25,844 bases of DNA, taken from the NCBI GenBank assembly GCA_038851565.1, contig JAWCKV010000009.1, positions 1 to 25,844 on the forward strand. Reading direction: 5' to 3'. The notes beneath the pieces were generated by a model. It worked only from the letters and a program-made list of their open reading frames with translations, did no database searches and had not been told where the DNA came from. Shown piece after piece: positions 8,206 through 16,813 of the stretch (positions are counted from its first letter, which is position 1; every line of letters begins with the position of its first letter). Both the position numbers and the translations under genes were made by a program. Origin of the DNA: Candidatus Hadarchaeales archaeon (lineage in GTDB: Archaea > Hadarchaeota > Hadarchaeia > Hadarchaeales > Hadarchaeaceae).

Positions 8206-9438
8206 ATGATCACCGTGCTCGAAGGTGGGATAACACTGGTGCCCGGCTTTCTTGCCTCGGGAGTCAGGGCAGGCATAAAAAAGAGGGGCCTGGACCTCAT
8301 GCTCATAGCATGCGAGGATGGACCTGTTGCCGCAGCGGGCGCGTTCACGGGGAACCTCGTGAAGGGCGCACCGGTGGTTGTGACTAGGGGCCACGTGAAA
8401 AATGGATCAATAGGGGCGATAGTTGCAAATTCCGGCATTTCCAACGCGTACACTGGAAAGAGGGGATTGAAGGACGCGCGGAGGATGTGCGCCCTCACAG
8501 CCGAGCTCATGGGTCTCAAACCTGCGCAGGTTGCGGTTGCATCCACCGGGATAATTGGGGTCTATCTGCCGATGAAGAAGATAGAGAAGGGAATAAGGGC
8601 GGCTGCCAAGGAGCTCTCAAATTCAAGAGAGGCCGCGCTGAACGCGGCCAGGGCCATAATGACCACTGACACGTTTCCGAAGGAAGTCGCCATCAGGGTG
8701 GATCTTGAGGACGGAAAATCCGCCACCATAGCTGGCATAGCAAAGGGAGCTGGGATGATAAAGCCGGACCTGAAGACGGCCACCATGCTGAGCTTCGTGG
8801 TCACCGACGTCAACATATCGCCAGACGCGCTCAGGGCGGCGCTTGGCGAGGCGGTCGATCAGAGCTTCAACATGCTCAACATCGACAATGACATGAGCAC
8901 CAGCGACATGGTCATTGTGCTTGCAAACGGCAGGGCTGGCAACCAAAGGATCACACCAGATCGCCCGGACAGGCAGTTCCAGGCCGGCCTCAATTACGTG
9001 CTGCGCGAGCTAGCCTGGATGATAGCCAAGGACGGGGAGGGAGCAACGCACCTGATAGAGGTCAAAGTGAAGGGTGCAAGGAGCGAGGGGGATGCGAGGA
9101 AGGCTGCCAGGGCCGTGGTCGGTTCGAACCTGGTAAAGGCAGCGGTGTTTGGAAAGGATCCAAACTGGGGAAGGGTGATCTCCGCCCTCGGTAGCTCAGG
9201 CGCCTCCTTCAAGCCGGAGAAGATCAGCCTCGAGCTGGCGAGCGAGAGGGGAAGGGTTGATCTGGTCAGGAGAGGGAAGCCGGCTGGCAGGAATGCTCTC
9301 CAAAAGGCCAGGGACATAATGAGGAGCAAGGAGATAGAGATACACGTGGACCTGGGAGCTGGAAAACACAGCGCGACGGCGTGGGGGTGCGACCTCACAT
9401 ATGACTACGTGAGGATCAACTCCCGGTACACAACCTGA
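8206..9438 (+). CDS. argJ: Ornithine acetyltransferase / glutamate N-acetyltransferase
   Basis: VASTGIIG, AIMTTDTFPK, AKGAGMI.P, ATML autocleavage site, KDGEGAT, DPNWGR, WGCDLTYDYVRINSRYTT. Confidence 0.96.
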   Translation: MITVLEGGITLVPGFLASGVRAGIKKRGLDLMLIACEDGPVAAAGAFTGNLVKGAPVVVTRGHVKNGSIGAIVANSGISNAYTGKRGLKDARRMCALTAELMGLKPAQVAVASTGIIGVYLPMKKIEKGIRAAAKELSNSREAALNAARAIMTTDTFPKEVAIRVDLEDGKSATIAGIAKGAGMIKPDLKTATMLSFVVTDVNISPDALRAALGEAVDQSFNMLNIDNDMSTSDMVIVLANGRAGNQRITPDRPDRQFQAGLNYVLRELAWMIAKDGEGATHLIEVKVKGARSEGDARKAARAVVGSNLVKAAVFGKDPNWGRVISALGSSGASFKPEKISLELASERGRVDLVRRGKPAGRNALQKARDIMRSKEIEIHVDLGAGKHSATAWGCDLTYDYVRINSRYTT

Positions 9439-9454
9439 TTGAAACCGAACTCAA

Positions 9455-9470
9455 CCAAATGTTTTTAATC
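9455..9470 (+). promoter_or_regulatory. Possible internal promoter for argB-D-F (or T-run terminator of argG-C-J)
   Basis: CCAAATGTTTTTAATC in the 73-nt argJ-argB gap; GGAGG SD before ATG 9512. Confidence 0.4.
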
Positions 9471-9511
9471 GGCACCCACCACTTTAGCGTTGAGAGGAAG
9501 GAGGCCGCGGG

Positions 9512-10402
9512 ATGGAAGAACGTGCAAAGGTGATGCTCGAGGCCCTGCCGTATCTCCAGGAATTCCACGGAAGGACCATAGTGATAAAGATAGGGGGAAG
9601 CGTCCTCGGCAACGAGGAAATGCTCGATTCCCTGCTGAGGGACGTGGTCCTCCTCAACCTCTTCGGCATGAGGGTGGTCCTCGTTCACGGCGGAGGTCCG
9701 GAGATAAGCGAGGAGATGAAGAAGATGAACATCAAGCCGAAGTTCGTCGAGGGGCTCAGGGTAACCGACGAGAGGACCATAGAGATAATTCACGAGCAGC
9801 TTGCAGGAAAGATAAACAAGCAGCTGGTGCTCGGCATAAACCAGCAGGGCGGGAAGGCCTTCGGGGTCTCAGGCGTGGACGGCAACCTGATAAGGGCGAG
9901 GAAGCTCATCTACAGGACCACCACCAGCAAGGGAAAGGAGATAGAGGTCGACCTGGGGTTCGTGGGCGAGGTTGAGAAGGTGGACCCCACCATCCTGAAC
10001 AACCTGATAAAGAGCGGATGCATTCCAGTTGTCGCCCCCATAGGAGTCGACGGGGAGGGACACAGCCTGAACATAAACGCAGACACCGCAGCGGCGGAGA
10101 TTGCCATAGCCATGAAGGCTAAGAAGCTCATCCTTCTTACCGATGTTTCCGGAGTTCTGAGGGATCCCACAAACGAGTCCACCCTGATATCATCGCTCAC
10201 AGTTGAGGAGGCGCAGAAGCTCATTCAGGAAGGGGTGATAAAGAAGGGCATGATACCCAAGGTGGAAGCCTGCCTCAGGGCAATTCAGGGGGGAGTGGAG
10301 AAGGCCCACATCCTCAAGGGAACCCAGCCCCACGTGCTGCTCCTGGAAATACTCACGAAGACCGGCGTTGGCACGATGATAGAGAAGACGCCGCCCTCCT
10401 GA
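9512..10402 (+). CDS. argB: Acetylglutamate kinase
   Basis: EALPYL, VIKIGG, VHGGGPEI, GLRVTD, NINADTAA, GMIPKV. Confidence 0.96.
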   Translation: MEERAKVMLEALPYLQEFHGRTIVIKIGGSVLGNEEMLDSLLRDVVLLNLFGMRVVLVHGGGPEISEEMKKMNIKPKFVEGLRVTDERTIEIIHEQLAGKINKQLVLGINQQGGKAFGVSGVDGNLIRARKLIYRTTTSKGKEIEVDLGFVGEVEKVDPTILNNLIKSGCIPVVAPIGVDGEGHSLNINADTAAAEIAIAMKAKKLILLTDVSGVLRDPTNESTLISSLTVEEAQKLIQEGVIKKGMIPKVEACLRAIQGGVEKAHILKGTQPHVLLLEILTKTGVGTMIEKTPPS

Positions 10403-10413
10403 GGTGCCATCGC

Positions 10414-11601
10414 TTGAGCAGCGGAACCGTGGAGATGGCCGATCGCTACCTGGCGAACACTTACGGGCGCCAGCGGATAGTTCCGGTGCGCGGCCGCGGC
10501 ATGTTCCTCTGGGATGAAGACGGCAGACGATACATCGACTTTGTGGGTGGGATAGCCGTATGCGTTCTCGGGCATTGCCATCCGGATGTCGCCCGGGCCA
10601 TATCAGCCCAGGCCAGAAAGCTCGTGCACGTGTCAAACCTCTACTACATACCCCAGCAGGCAGAGCTGGCAAGGCTCCTGTCTACCATCTGCCCGAGGCC
10701 TATCTCAAAATTCTTCTTCTGCAACTCAGGAACCGAGGCCATAGAGGGCTCCTTCAAGCTTGCCTTCAAACACAGCAAGAGGAAACGGGTGGTCGCGATG
10801 GAGGGCTCTTTTCACGGGAGAACTTCAGCGGCGGTGGGTGCCACGTGGACCCCAAAATACAGGGAACCCTTCGGCGATCTCATACCCAAGATCTTCACAT
10901 TTGTCCCCTACGATGATCTGGACGCCGCAAGGCAAGCTGTGGATGAGAACACGTCCGCCGTGATCGTGGAGCCCGTGCAGGGGGAAGGGGGAGTGAATGT
11001 TCCATCGGAGGATTACCTCCAGGGATTGCGGGAGATATGCGATGAGAAGGGCGCCCTGCTGATATGCGATGAGGTCCAGAGCGGAATGGGGAGAACCGGA
11101 AGGTGGTTCGCCTGCCAGCACTGGGGCGTGCAGCCGGACATTATCGCCATGGCGAAAGGACTGGGGGGAGGATTTCCAATCGGGTGCTTCGGCTCCACTC
11201 CAGAGATCATGAATTCGTTCTCTCCTGGAGATCATGCATCGACATTCGGCGGAAACCCGCTCGCCTGCGCCGCGGCGATAGCCACCGTTAAAGCCATGAA
11301 AAGGCTGAATATCCCGGGGAGGGCAAATAGGATGGGAAAGTATTTCAGGGGGAGGCTGGAGGAACTAAGAAGGCATGCATCGGTGAGGGATGTGAGGGGG
11401 CTTGGCCTGCTGCTCGGGATGGAGATGAAAAACGGGAAAATCGCGAGGAAGGTCGTGGAGAGGGCGGCGGAGGGGGGCTTTCTCATCAACTGCACGGCCG
11501 AGAAGGTTCTCAGATTCGTGCCGCCACTGATAGTCGAGAAAAAACAAATAGACCAACTGGTTGAGGCGCTTGACGGGATACTAATGAGGGTGGGAGCCTG
11601 A
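10414..11601 (+). CDS. argD: Acetylornithine aminotransferase
   Basis: DFVGGIAV..LGHCHP, NSGTEAIE, FHGRT, EPVQGEGG, DEVQSGMGRTG, AKGLGGG, STFGGNPLA; TTG start with GAGGTG SD. Confidence 0.95.
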   Translation: MSSGTVEMADRYLANTYGRQRIVPVRGRGMFLWDEDGRRYIDFVGGIAVCVLGHCHPDVARAISAQARKLVHVSNLYYIPQQAELARLLSTICPRPISKFFFCNSGTEAIEGSFKLAFKHSKRKRVVAMEGSFHGRTSAAVGATWTPKYREPFGDLIPKIFTFVPYDDLDAARQAVDENTSAVIVEPVQGEGGVNVPSEDYLQGLREICDEKGALLICDEVQSGMGRTGRWFACQHWGVQPDIIAMAKGLGGGFPIGCFGSTPEIMNSFSPGDHASTFGGNPLACAAAIATVKAMKRLNIPGRANRMGKYFRGRLEELRRHASVRDVRGLGLLLGMEMKNGKIARKVVERAAEGGFLINCTAEKVLRFVPPLIVEKKQIDQLVEALDGILMRVGA

Positions 11602-12533
11602 AGCATGTACTTACGATTCAAGACCTGATGGGAGAGGAGATAAATGCCCTCATAAGGAGGGCGAGATCGCTCAAGAGGGAGCTGAAGGCGGGCAGAACAA
11701 GAAATGACCTTAAGGGAAGAACCCTCGCAATGATATTCTCCAAGCCCTCCACGCGCACAAGGGTGAGCTTCGAGGTTGCGATGACTCAGCTGGGAGGACA
11801 CGCAATATACTTGGGGTGGAATGATCTCCAGCTGGGGAGGGGGGAAACAATAGCCGATACGGCCAGGACCCTTTCCAGATACGTTGACTGTGTGGCAGCC
11901 AGGCTCTTCAAACACCGGGAGATTGAGGAGCTGGCTGAGCACTCAACGGTTCCGGTGATAAACGCATTGACGGATCTTCATCACCCATGCCAGACGCTTG
12001 CAGACCTCATGACCATAGAAGAGCACAAGGGGAAACTCAAGGATGTCAAGGTGGCGTGGGTGGGGGATGGAAACAACGTTTGCAACTCCATTCTCCTCGG
12101 CTGCACACTTGTGGGCTCGGACATATCAGTTGCCTGTCCAAAGGGATATGAACCGCCCTCACACATCGTCTCGACCGCCATGGATAACTCTAAGAGGAGC
12201 GGAAGCAGCGTGAAGATAACGAACGAACCCCTCGTTGCGGTAAGGGACGCGGATGTAGTCTACACCGACGTCTTCGTCTCCATGGGCATGGAGGCTGAGA
12301 GGGAGAGGAGGATGCAGGACTTTAGGGGATTTCAGGTGACCCCGGAGCTCATGAATGCCGCAGAGGAGGACGCGATATTCATGCACTGCCTGCCGGCCAG
12401 GCGGGGCGAGGAGGTGAGCGCTGAGGTCATCGACGGTCGCTGGTCGGTCGTCTGGGATCAGGCTGAGAACAGACTCCACGCCCAGAAGGCGCTCCTGCTG
12501 AAGCTAATTGGGAGAGCCACTAAAGCCGCTTGA
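11598..12533 (+). CDS. argF: Ornithine carbamoyltransferase
   Basis: STRTRVSFE, HPCQ, GDGNNV, VSMG, HCLPA. Homology extends upstream of ATG 11628 to a CTG at 11598 (KHVLTIQDL), taken here as the probable start. Confidence 0.95.
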   Translation: MKHVLTIQDLMGEEINALIRRARSLKRELKAGRTRNDLKGRTLAMIFSKPSTRTRVSFEVAMTQLGGHAIYLGWNDLQLGRGETIADTARTLSRYVDCVAARLFKHREIEELAEHSTVPVINALTDLHHPCQTLADLMTIEEHKGKLKDVKVAWVGDGNNVCNSILLGCTLVGSDISVACPKGYEPPSHIVSTAMDNSKRSGSSVKITNEPLVAVRDADVVYTDVFVSMGMEAERERRMQDFRGFQVTPELMNAAEEDAIFMHCLPARRGEEVSAEVIDGRWSVVWDQAENRLHAQKALLLKLIGRATKAA

Positions 12534-13872
12534 GCCTTTCAAAGACCGCAACGAGGCGTCTCTCCTCCGCCAGCAGGGATTTCTTCTCGGAGGAGATCTG
12601 CTTCATCAGCTCCTCTATGCGCAGGTTACCCGGCGCCCCAACATGTTTCTTTGACATTATGTTCTTCACCGGATCTTCCATCTCCAGCCTGTCGAGCTCC
12701 GAGGCCACCTTCCTGTAGGCGTCCCTGAACGGCATCTTCTCTTCCACAACAAGCCTGAGCGCCCGGTCTGCCGCGAAGAGCTCCGGGGTGAATGACCGAA
12801 TGAGGGTCTCCCGGTTCACCTTCAGCTTTTCGAATATCATCCTCATCACCTTCATGCAGTCCTCGGTCACCCTCAGCGCCTCCATCAGCGGCCTCTTTGT
12901 CTCCTGAAAGTCCCTGTTGTAGCCGGAGGGCAGGTTTCTTATGATGAGCAGCAGATGCAGGAGTCTGGCGATGTTCCCTGCCGATCTCGCCCTCACGAGC
13001 TCAAGGGGACAGGGATTCAGCTTCTGGGGCATTATGCTCGATCCGGGGCAGTACTCCCTCGGAAGGGAGAAATATCCGAGCTCAGGTATGCTGAAGAATA
13101 TGAGATCATTGGCCAGCTTTGACAGGTCCTCCGTGATCTGCACGAGCGCGAAAACTATCATCGCCTCGATCTTGCCCCTGCTGTTGTTCGCATAGAGGAC
13201 GTTGTTCTGCACCTTCTCGAATCCCAGGAGGTCGCTCACCATCTGCCTGTCTATGGGCAGGGGGACACCGTAGCTGGCAGCGGATCCGAGCGGGCACTGG
13301 TTGTTCAGGGAGTAAACGGCCTTTATGAGCCTCAGATCATCCATCAGTGACTCAGCAAACGCCCCGGCCCAGAGTCCCACGGAGGAGGGCATGGCGCGCT
13401 GCGTGTGCGTCCTTCCCGGCATGGGGACATCCCTGTTCTCCGAGGCGAACTTCGCGAGCGTCCCGGCCAGCTCCAGCAGCTCGCGCCATATGACAAGCAA
13501 CTCTTTCCTGGAATAGATCCTGATGTCAAGCAGAACCTGATCGTTTCTGGATCTGGCCGTGTGTATCTTTTTTCCCAGACCACCCAGCTTCTTCGTGAGG
13601 TGATTCTCGATGGCGGTGTGCACATCCTCATCCTCCCTCCTTATCTCAAATTTCCCCCTTTCGGCGCCAGACAGTATCTCCAGGAGAGCCCTCTTGAGCC
13701 TCAAGAACTCCTCCCTGCCCAGCACGCCTATCTTGAAGAGCATGCGGGCATGGGCTATGCTTCCGTATACGTCGGCTTCAATGAGTTCACGGTCAAGGAT
13801 GTGGTCATCGCCTACCGTGAACTCCTCCATGAACTCATCAAGATTGTATCCCTTCTCCCAGAGCTTTGGCAT
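12520..13872 (-). CDS. argH: Argininosuccinate lyase
   Basis: EDVH, HTARSRNDQV, MPGRTHTQRA, GSSIMPQKLNP, LPSGYNRDFQETK, PFRDAY. Confidence 0.93.
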   Translation of the reverse strand: MPKLWEKGYNLDEFMEEFTVGDDHILDRELIEADVYGSIAHARMLFKIGVLGREEFLRLKRALLEILSGAERGKFEIRREDEDVHTAIENHLTKKLGGLGKKIHTARSRNDQVLLDIRIYSRKELLVIWRELLELAGTLAKFASENRDVPMPGRTHTQRAMPSSVGLWAGAFAESLMDDLRLIKAVYSLNNQCPLGSAASYGVPLPIDRQMVSDLLGFEKVQNNVLYANNSRGKIEAMIVFALVQITEDLSKLANDLIFFSIPELGYFSLPREYCPGSSIMPQKLNPCPLELVRARSAGNIARLLHLLLIIRNLPSGYNRDFQETKRPLMEALRVTEDCMKVMRMIFEKLKVNRETLIRSFTPELFAADRALRLVVEEKMPFRDAYRKVASELDRLEMEDPVKNIMSKKHVGAPGNLRIEELMKQISSEKKSLLAEERRLVAVFERLKRL

Positions 13873-13873
13873 C

Positions 13874-15106
13874 TCACTTCACTCGTTTTCTCATTGCGAG
13901 TACCTGATAAATAAGACCACCTATGTGGGCAGCCCCCCTTGACATGCGCTGATCGAATCCCTTTGCCTTTATCGACCTGAGCTCGGGAGCGAAAAGCCCG
14001 GTGTTTGACCTTCTCCTCATTATCTCTATCGTTCCCTTGTACAGCTTTACCCTGTACTCCCCCTCCACATGCCTCTGTGATTCGTTTATGAAGGCCTCCA
14101 GCTCGTACCTCAGCGGGTGAAACGCCTGTCCGTGATACATCATGTAGGCCCACTTCTGGTCAACCATCTTCTTGAACATCAGCTCGTCCTTGGTGAGGCA
14201 GAACTGCTCGAGGTCCCTGTGAAGGGCCAGTATCACGTGCGCTGCTGGCGCCTCATAGATTTCCCTTGATTTCAGGTTCATTATTCCGTCCTCGAACATG
14301 TCTATCCTGCCGATGCCGTTCTCCCCTGCGATGTAGTTCAGGCGGTAGACTATGTCGAAGAGGGGAAGCCTTTCGCCGTTCAACTTAACCGGTACGCCCT
14401 CCTTGAATTCAATCTCCACCACGGTGGGCTCGTCCTTCGCCTTCTCCGGTGGCTTGAGCCACATCCATATGTCATCAGGCAGCTCCTGATCCAGGTCCAC
14501 GGCCCCGCTGGCTATAGATCTGCACCACAGCGTCTTGTCGTCCCCGCCGGTTATCGTCTGGACCATGGGCACGCCCCATGCCCTGCAGAGCTCCTCTTCC
14601 TCCCTCCTCGTGAGGTCGAAATCCCTCACAGGGACCAGTATCTCAAGGCCGGGCGCGAACATCGTGAAGACGTTGTGCATCCTGAACTGGTCATTGCCCT
14701 TTCCACTGCTCCCCTCCAGAAGCGCGTCGCATCCAAGCTCGACCGCCTTCTCCGCGACCTTCCTGGCTATCAGCTGCCTCGTCATAGATGTGGACACCGG
14801 ATAGCCCTCGTAGTCTGAGTTTGCCTTTATTGCCATCGCTATCCACTCATTCGCAAACTCCTCCCTCGCATCGATGAAGATGGGCTTTACCCCGAGCGCC
14901 TCCCCGTGCCTCCGCGCCACCTCGAGCTCCTGTTCGCCCTGCCCCACATCCACTGTTATGGGAACTATCTCCTCAGCCCTGTACTTGCGCTTCAGGAGCT
15001 CTATCCCCAGGCTGGAGTCGACCCCTCCTGAAAACGCACATGCGACCTTCCTGACCTTCGGCACAGGCGCGCTCTCGATTTTTCTTATGATTTCCTCGAC
15101 GCTCAT
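13874..15106 (-). CDS. argG: Argininosuccinate synthase paralog (divergent second copy)
   Basis: AFSGGVDSS, YPVSTS, GSSGKGNDQFR, KSREIYEAPAA; stop lies 1 nt before the argH ATG. Confidence 0.88.
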   Translation of the reverse strand: MSVEEIIRKIESAPVPKVRKVACAFSGGVDSSLGIELLKRKYRAEEIVPITVDVGQGEQELEVARRHGEALGVKPIFIDAREEFANEWIAMAIKANSDYEGYPVSTSMTRQLIARKVAEKAVELGCDALLEGSSGKGNDQFRMHNVFTMFAPGLEILVPVRDFDLTRREEEELCRAWGVPMVQTITGGDDKTLWCRSIASGAVDLDQELPDDIWMWLKPPEKAKDEPTVVEIEFKEGVPVKLNGERLPLFDIVYRLNYIAGENGIGRIDMFEDGIMNLKSREIYEAPAAHVILALHRDLEQFCLTKDELMFKKMVDQKWAYMMYHGQAFHPLRYELEAFINESQRHVEGEYRVKLYKGTIEIMRRRSNTGLFAPELRSIKAKGFDQRMSRGAAHIGGLIYQVLAMRKRVK

Positions 15107-15129
15107 CAGGCTCCCAACCTACAACGCAC

Positions 15130-15155
15130 GGTCATTTAAAAAGTTTTTTGGTCAT
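15130..15155. promoter_or_regulatory. Shared divergent promoter of argG2-argH and the regulator gene
   Basis: TTTAAAAAGTTTTT core (minus strand AAAAACTTTTTAAA = BRE+TATA-like), flanked by direct repeats GGTCAT at 15130-15135 and 15150-15155. Confidence 0.5.
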
Positions 15156-15180
15156 GAAGTTGATGAAATATGGTGATGGT

Positions 15181-15741
15181 TTGGCGCGCAGGGGACCTCT
15201 TCCACGTTTTGGCGACTTTCACGTCAGCAGGGCCCTGGAGCTCATTTCGCTCAACGGCAGGGTAAGCAGGGGGGAACTCTCCAGAAGACTGGGCATCGGA
15301 GAGGGCAGCATCAGGACAATACTGAAGAGGCTCAAGGAGAGGGGCCTGGTGAGATCGACCAGAGCGGGTCACTTCCTGACTGAAAAGGGGAAGAGGGCCC
15401 TCGGAAGGCCGGAAAAAACGGTTGAGGTCTCGGTTCCCGGGCTCACGGTCGGCAAGGCGAACGTGGCAACTGTCGTCAGGGGGGCAGCCCGTTTTGTACA
15501 CAGGGGAATTGAGCAGAGGGACGAGGCGATAAAGGTCGGGGCAAAGGGAGCAACGGTTCTCGTATGCATAGGGGGGAGGTTGCATTTTCCCGATCGGTTC
15601 ATGGAGGTGGGGCGCGAAGCCGAAGGAGAGCTCATGGAGAAGCTGGATGTCAGAGAGGGAGATGCGATCATCATAGGCACGGCAGATGATCTGAGGCTTG
15701 CCGAAGAAGGAGCCCGGGCAGCAGCCAGAACCTTGCTCTGA
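15181..15741 (+). CDS. Winged-HTH transcriptional regulator (DUF4443/DUF2111-like)
   Basis: SRGELSRRLGIGEGSIRTILKRLKERGLV HTH, C-terminal GIEQRDEAIKVGAKGATVL. TTG 15181 has GGTGA upstream; alternative starts 15148-15163. Confidence 0.8.
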   Translation: MARRGPLPRFGDFHVSRALELISLNGRVSRGELSRRLGIGEGSIRTILKRLKERGLVRSTRAGHFLTEKGKRALGRPEKTVEVSVPGLTVGKANVATVVRGAARFVHRGIEQRDEAIKVGAKGATVLVCIGGRLHFPDRFMEVGREAEGELMEKLDVREGDAIIIGTADDLRLAEEGARAAARTLL

Positions 15742-16155
15742 TCACCAGGAGATGTACTTTATCACCACGTTGTCCCCATCGTGGAGCTGGCATTCGCTCA
15801 TTCCGACGTTGGGCGCCTCTCCGTTCACCTCGAAGACGTATCCCTCATTTGACTCAAGCTCATCGCCCGCTATGGAGACCACGACCGAGGAACCAAAGCT
15901 CTCCCAAAACTTGGTCCTCGTGTCAGCCACCCTCAGAAGGGCGTCGAAGGCCGTCATGCCGTCTCTGATCGTCACGTCTCTCTCGATGACTCCGCTGCTC
16001 TTCGTCTCCACCCTCAGATGTATTGTGATCTCCCGTGTGGTTGCGTAGACGTCGGGTCCACCCCCACTGGCATACAAGCCCGCCGCAAAGCAAAGCACGC
16101 CAGCAACGATGATCAACCCTACGACCTCCGCCCAGATTTTCCTCAGCTCAATCAC
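15742..16155 (-). CDS. Membrane-anchored DUF4430-like (transcobalamin C-terminal-like) protein
   Basis: N-terminal TM anchor, then GMTAFDALL...V.SI.G...YVFEVNGEAPNVGMSECQLHDGDNVVIKY. True start may be CTG 16146. Confidence 0.75.
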   Translation of the reverse strand: MIELRKIWAEVVGLIIVAGVLCFAAGLYASGGGPDVYATTREITIHLRVETKSSGVIERDVTIRDGMTAFDALLRVADTRTKFWESFGSSVVVSIAGDELESNEGYVFEVNGEAPNVGMSECQLHDGDNVVIKYISW

Positions 16156-16810
16156 CTCCTGTTTTTTGTTTTTGATGAGAGAAGATTGATGCAGAGGCCC
16201 GGACTGGAACCGGTATCCTTATCATGATTCTACCCAATCCCACGAGGGGCGGGACGAAAAACAGCGATGTGAGATGGCGAAGGGTGAAAGGTATCTGCCC
16301 CAGCAGTGAGATCCAGATGGATGTCCCGGTGACGAGCGAGTGGCCGATGAGGCCCGTCCACACGTCATATATTATTATGGCCACAGCTGCCGTCAGAGTG
16401 GTTCGAAGCAGAAGCCTCGGGAGCCTGTCAAAGATTGAAACCCTTGATCTCATGGAAAAAAACCATACAAGGAGAAATCCAGACCAGCAGAAGGCGTGGA
16501 TCGGCAGGACCCCGTATGTGACAAACCAGACTATTAACGCGCTCATGACGGCCAAGGCACCGAAGTATCTCGTCACGATCCTCCATGCGCGTGAGGAGCC
16601 GCAGTAAAGGGAGAAGGAGCCCGTCACCACGAGGACGGGTATTATCCACTCGGTGTTCGGGAGAAAGTCCATACCGGCGAAAAACCTGTAGAGCGCAAAC
16701 AAAGCTATGAGAATGGCGCCCGTGAGGACAAAGAGCCTGTACCTCTTGGACAGCGTTTCATCTGGCGAGCTCCCCTCCCAGAGATGCCCGATCAGACCCC
16801 TGAACATCAT
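16148..16810 (-). CDS. ECF transporter S-component-like membrane protein, probably for cobalamin/corrinoid
   Basis: About six hydrophobic helices; LPNTEWIIP, IIYDVWTG, GQIPFTLRHL motifs; coupled to the DUF4430-like gene. ATG 16810 lies about 25 nt downstream of a TATA box (leaderless); the track's TTG 16834 abuts the TATA. Confidence 0.65.
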   Translation of the reverse strand: MMFRGLIGHLWEGSSPDETLSKRYRLFVLTGAILIALFALYRFFAGMDFLPNTEWIIPVLVVTGSFSLYCGSSRAWRIVTRYFGALAVMSALIVWFVTYGVLPIHAFCWSGFLLVWFFSMRSRVSIFDRLPRLLLRTTLTAAVAIIIYDVWTGLIGHSLVTGTSIWISLLGQIPFTLRHLTSLFFVPPLVGLGRIMIRIPVPVRASASIFSHQKQKTGGD

Positions 16811-16813
16811 CTC

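Noticed and set aside
8752..8790. Two-residue insertion before the ArgJ autocleavage site (PDLKTATML versus the usual PNMATML)
   Set aside because: Catalytic Thr and flanking motifs are intact; likely neutral loop variation
9490..9975. Long Arg/Gly-rich alternate-frame ORF, representative of the many overlapping and antisense ORFs in the track (e.g. 11232-11942, 4278-4862, 24667-25227)
   Set aside because: They lie wholly over well-supported genes and are expected shadows of GC-rich coding sequence
15106..15120. Near-identical AGG(T/G)TGGGAGCCTGA before argG2 (minus) and at the argD/argF junction (11587-11601)
   Set aside because: Largely explained by SD plus start constraints; two instances are not enough to call a regulatory motif
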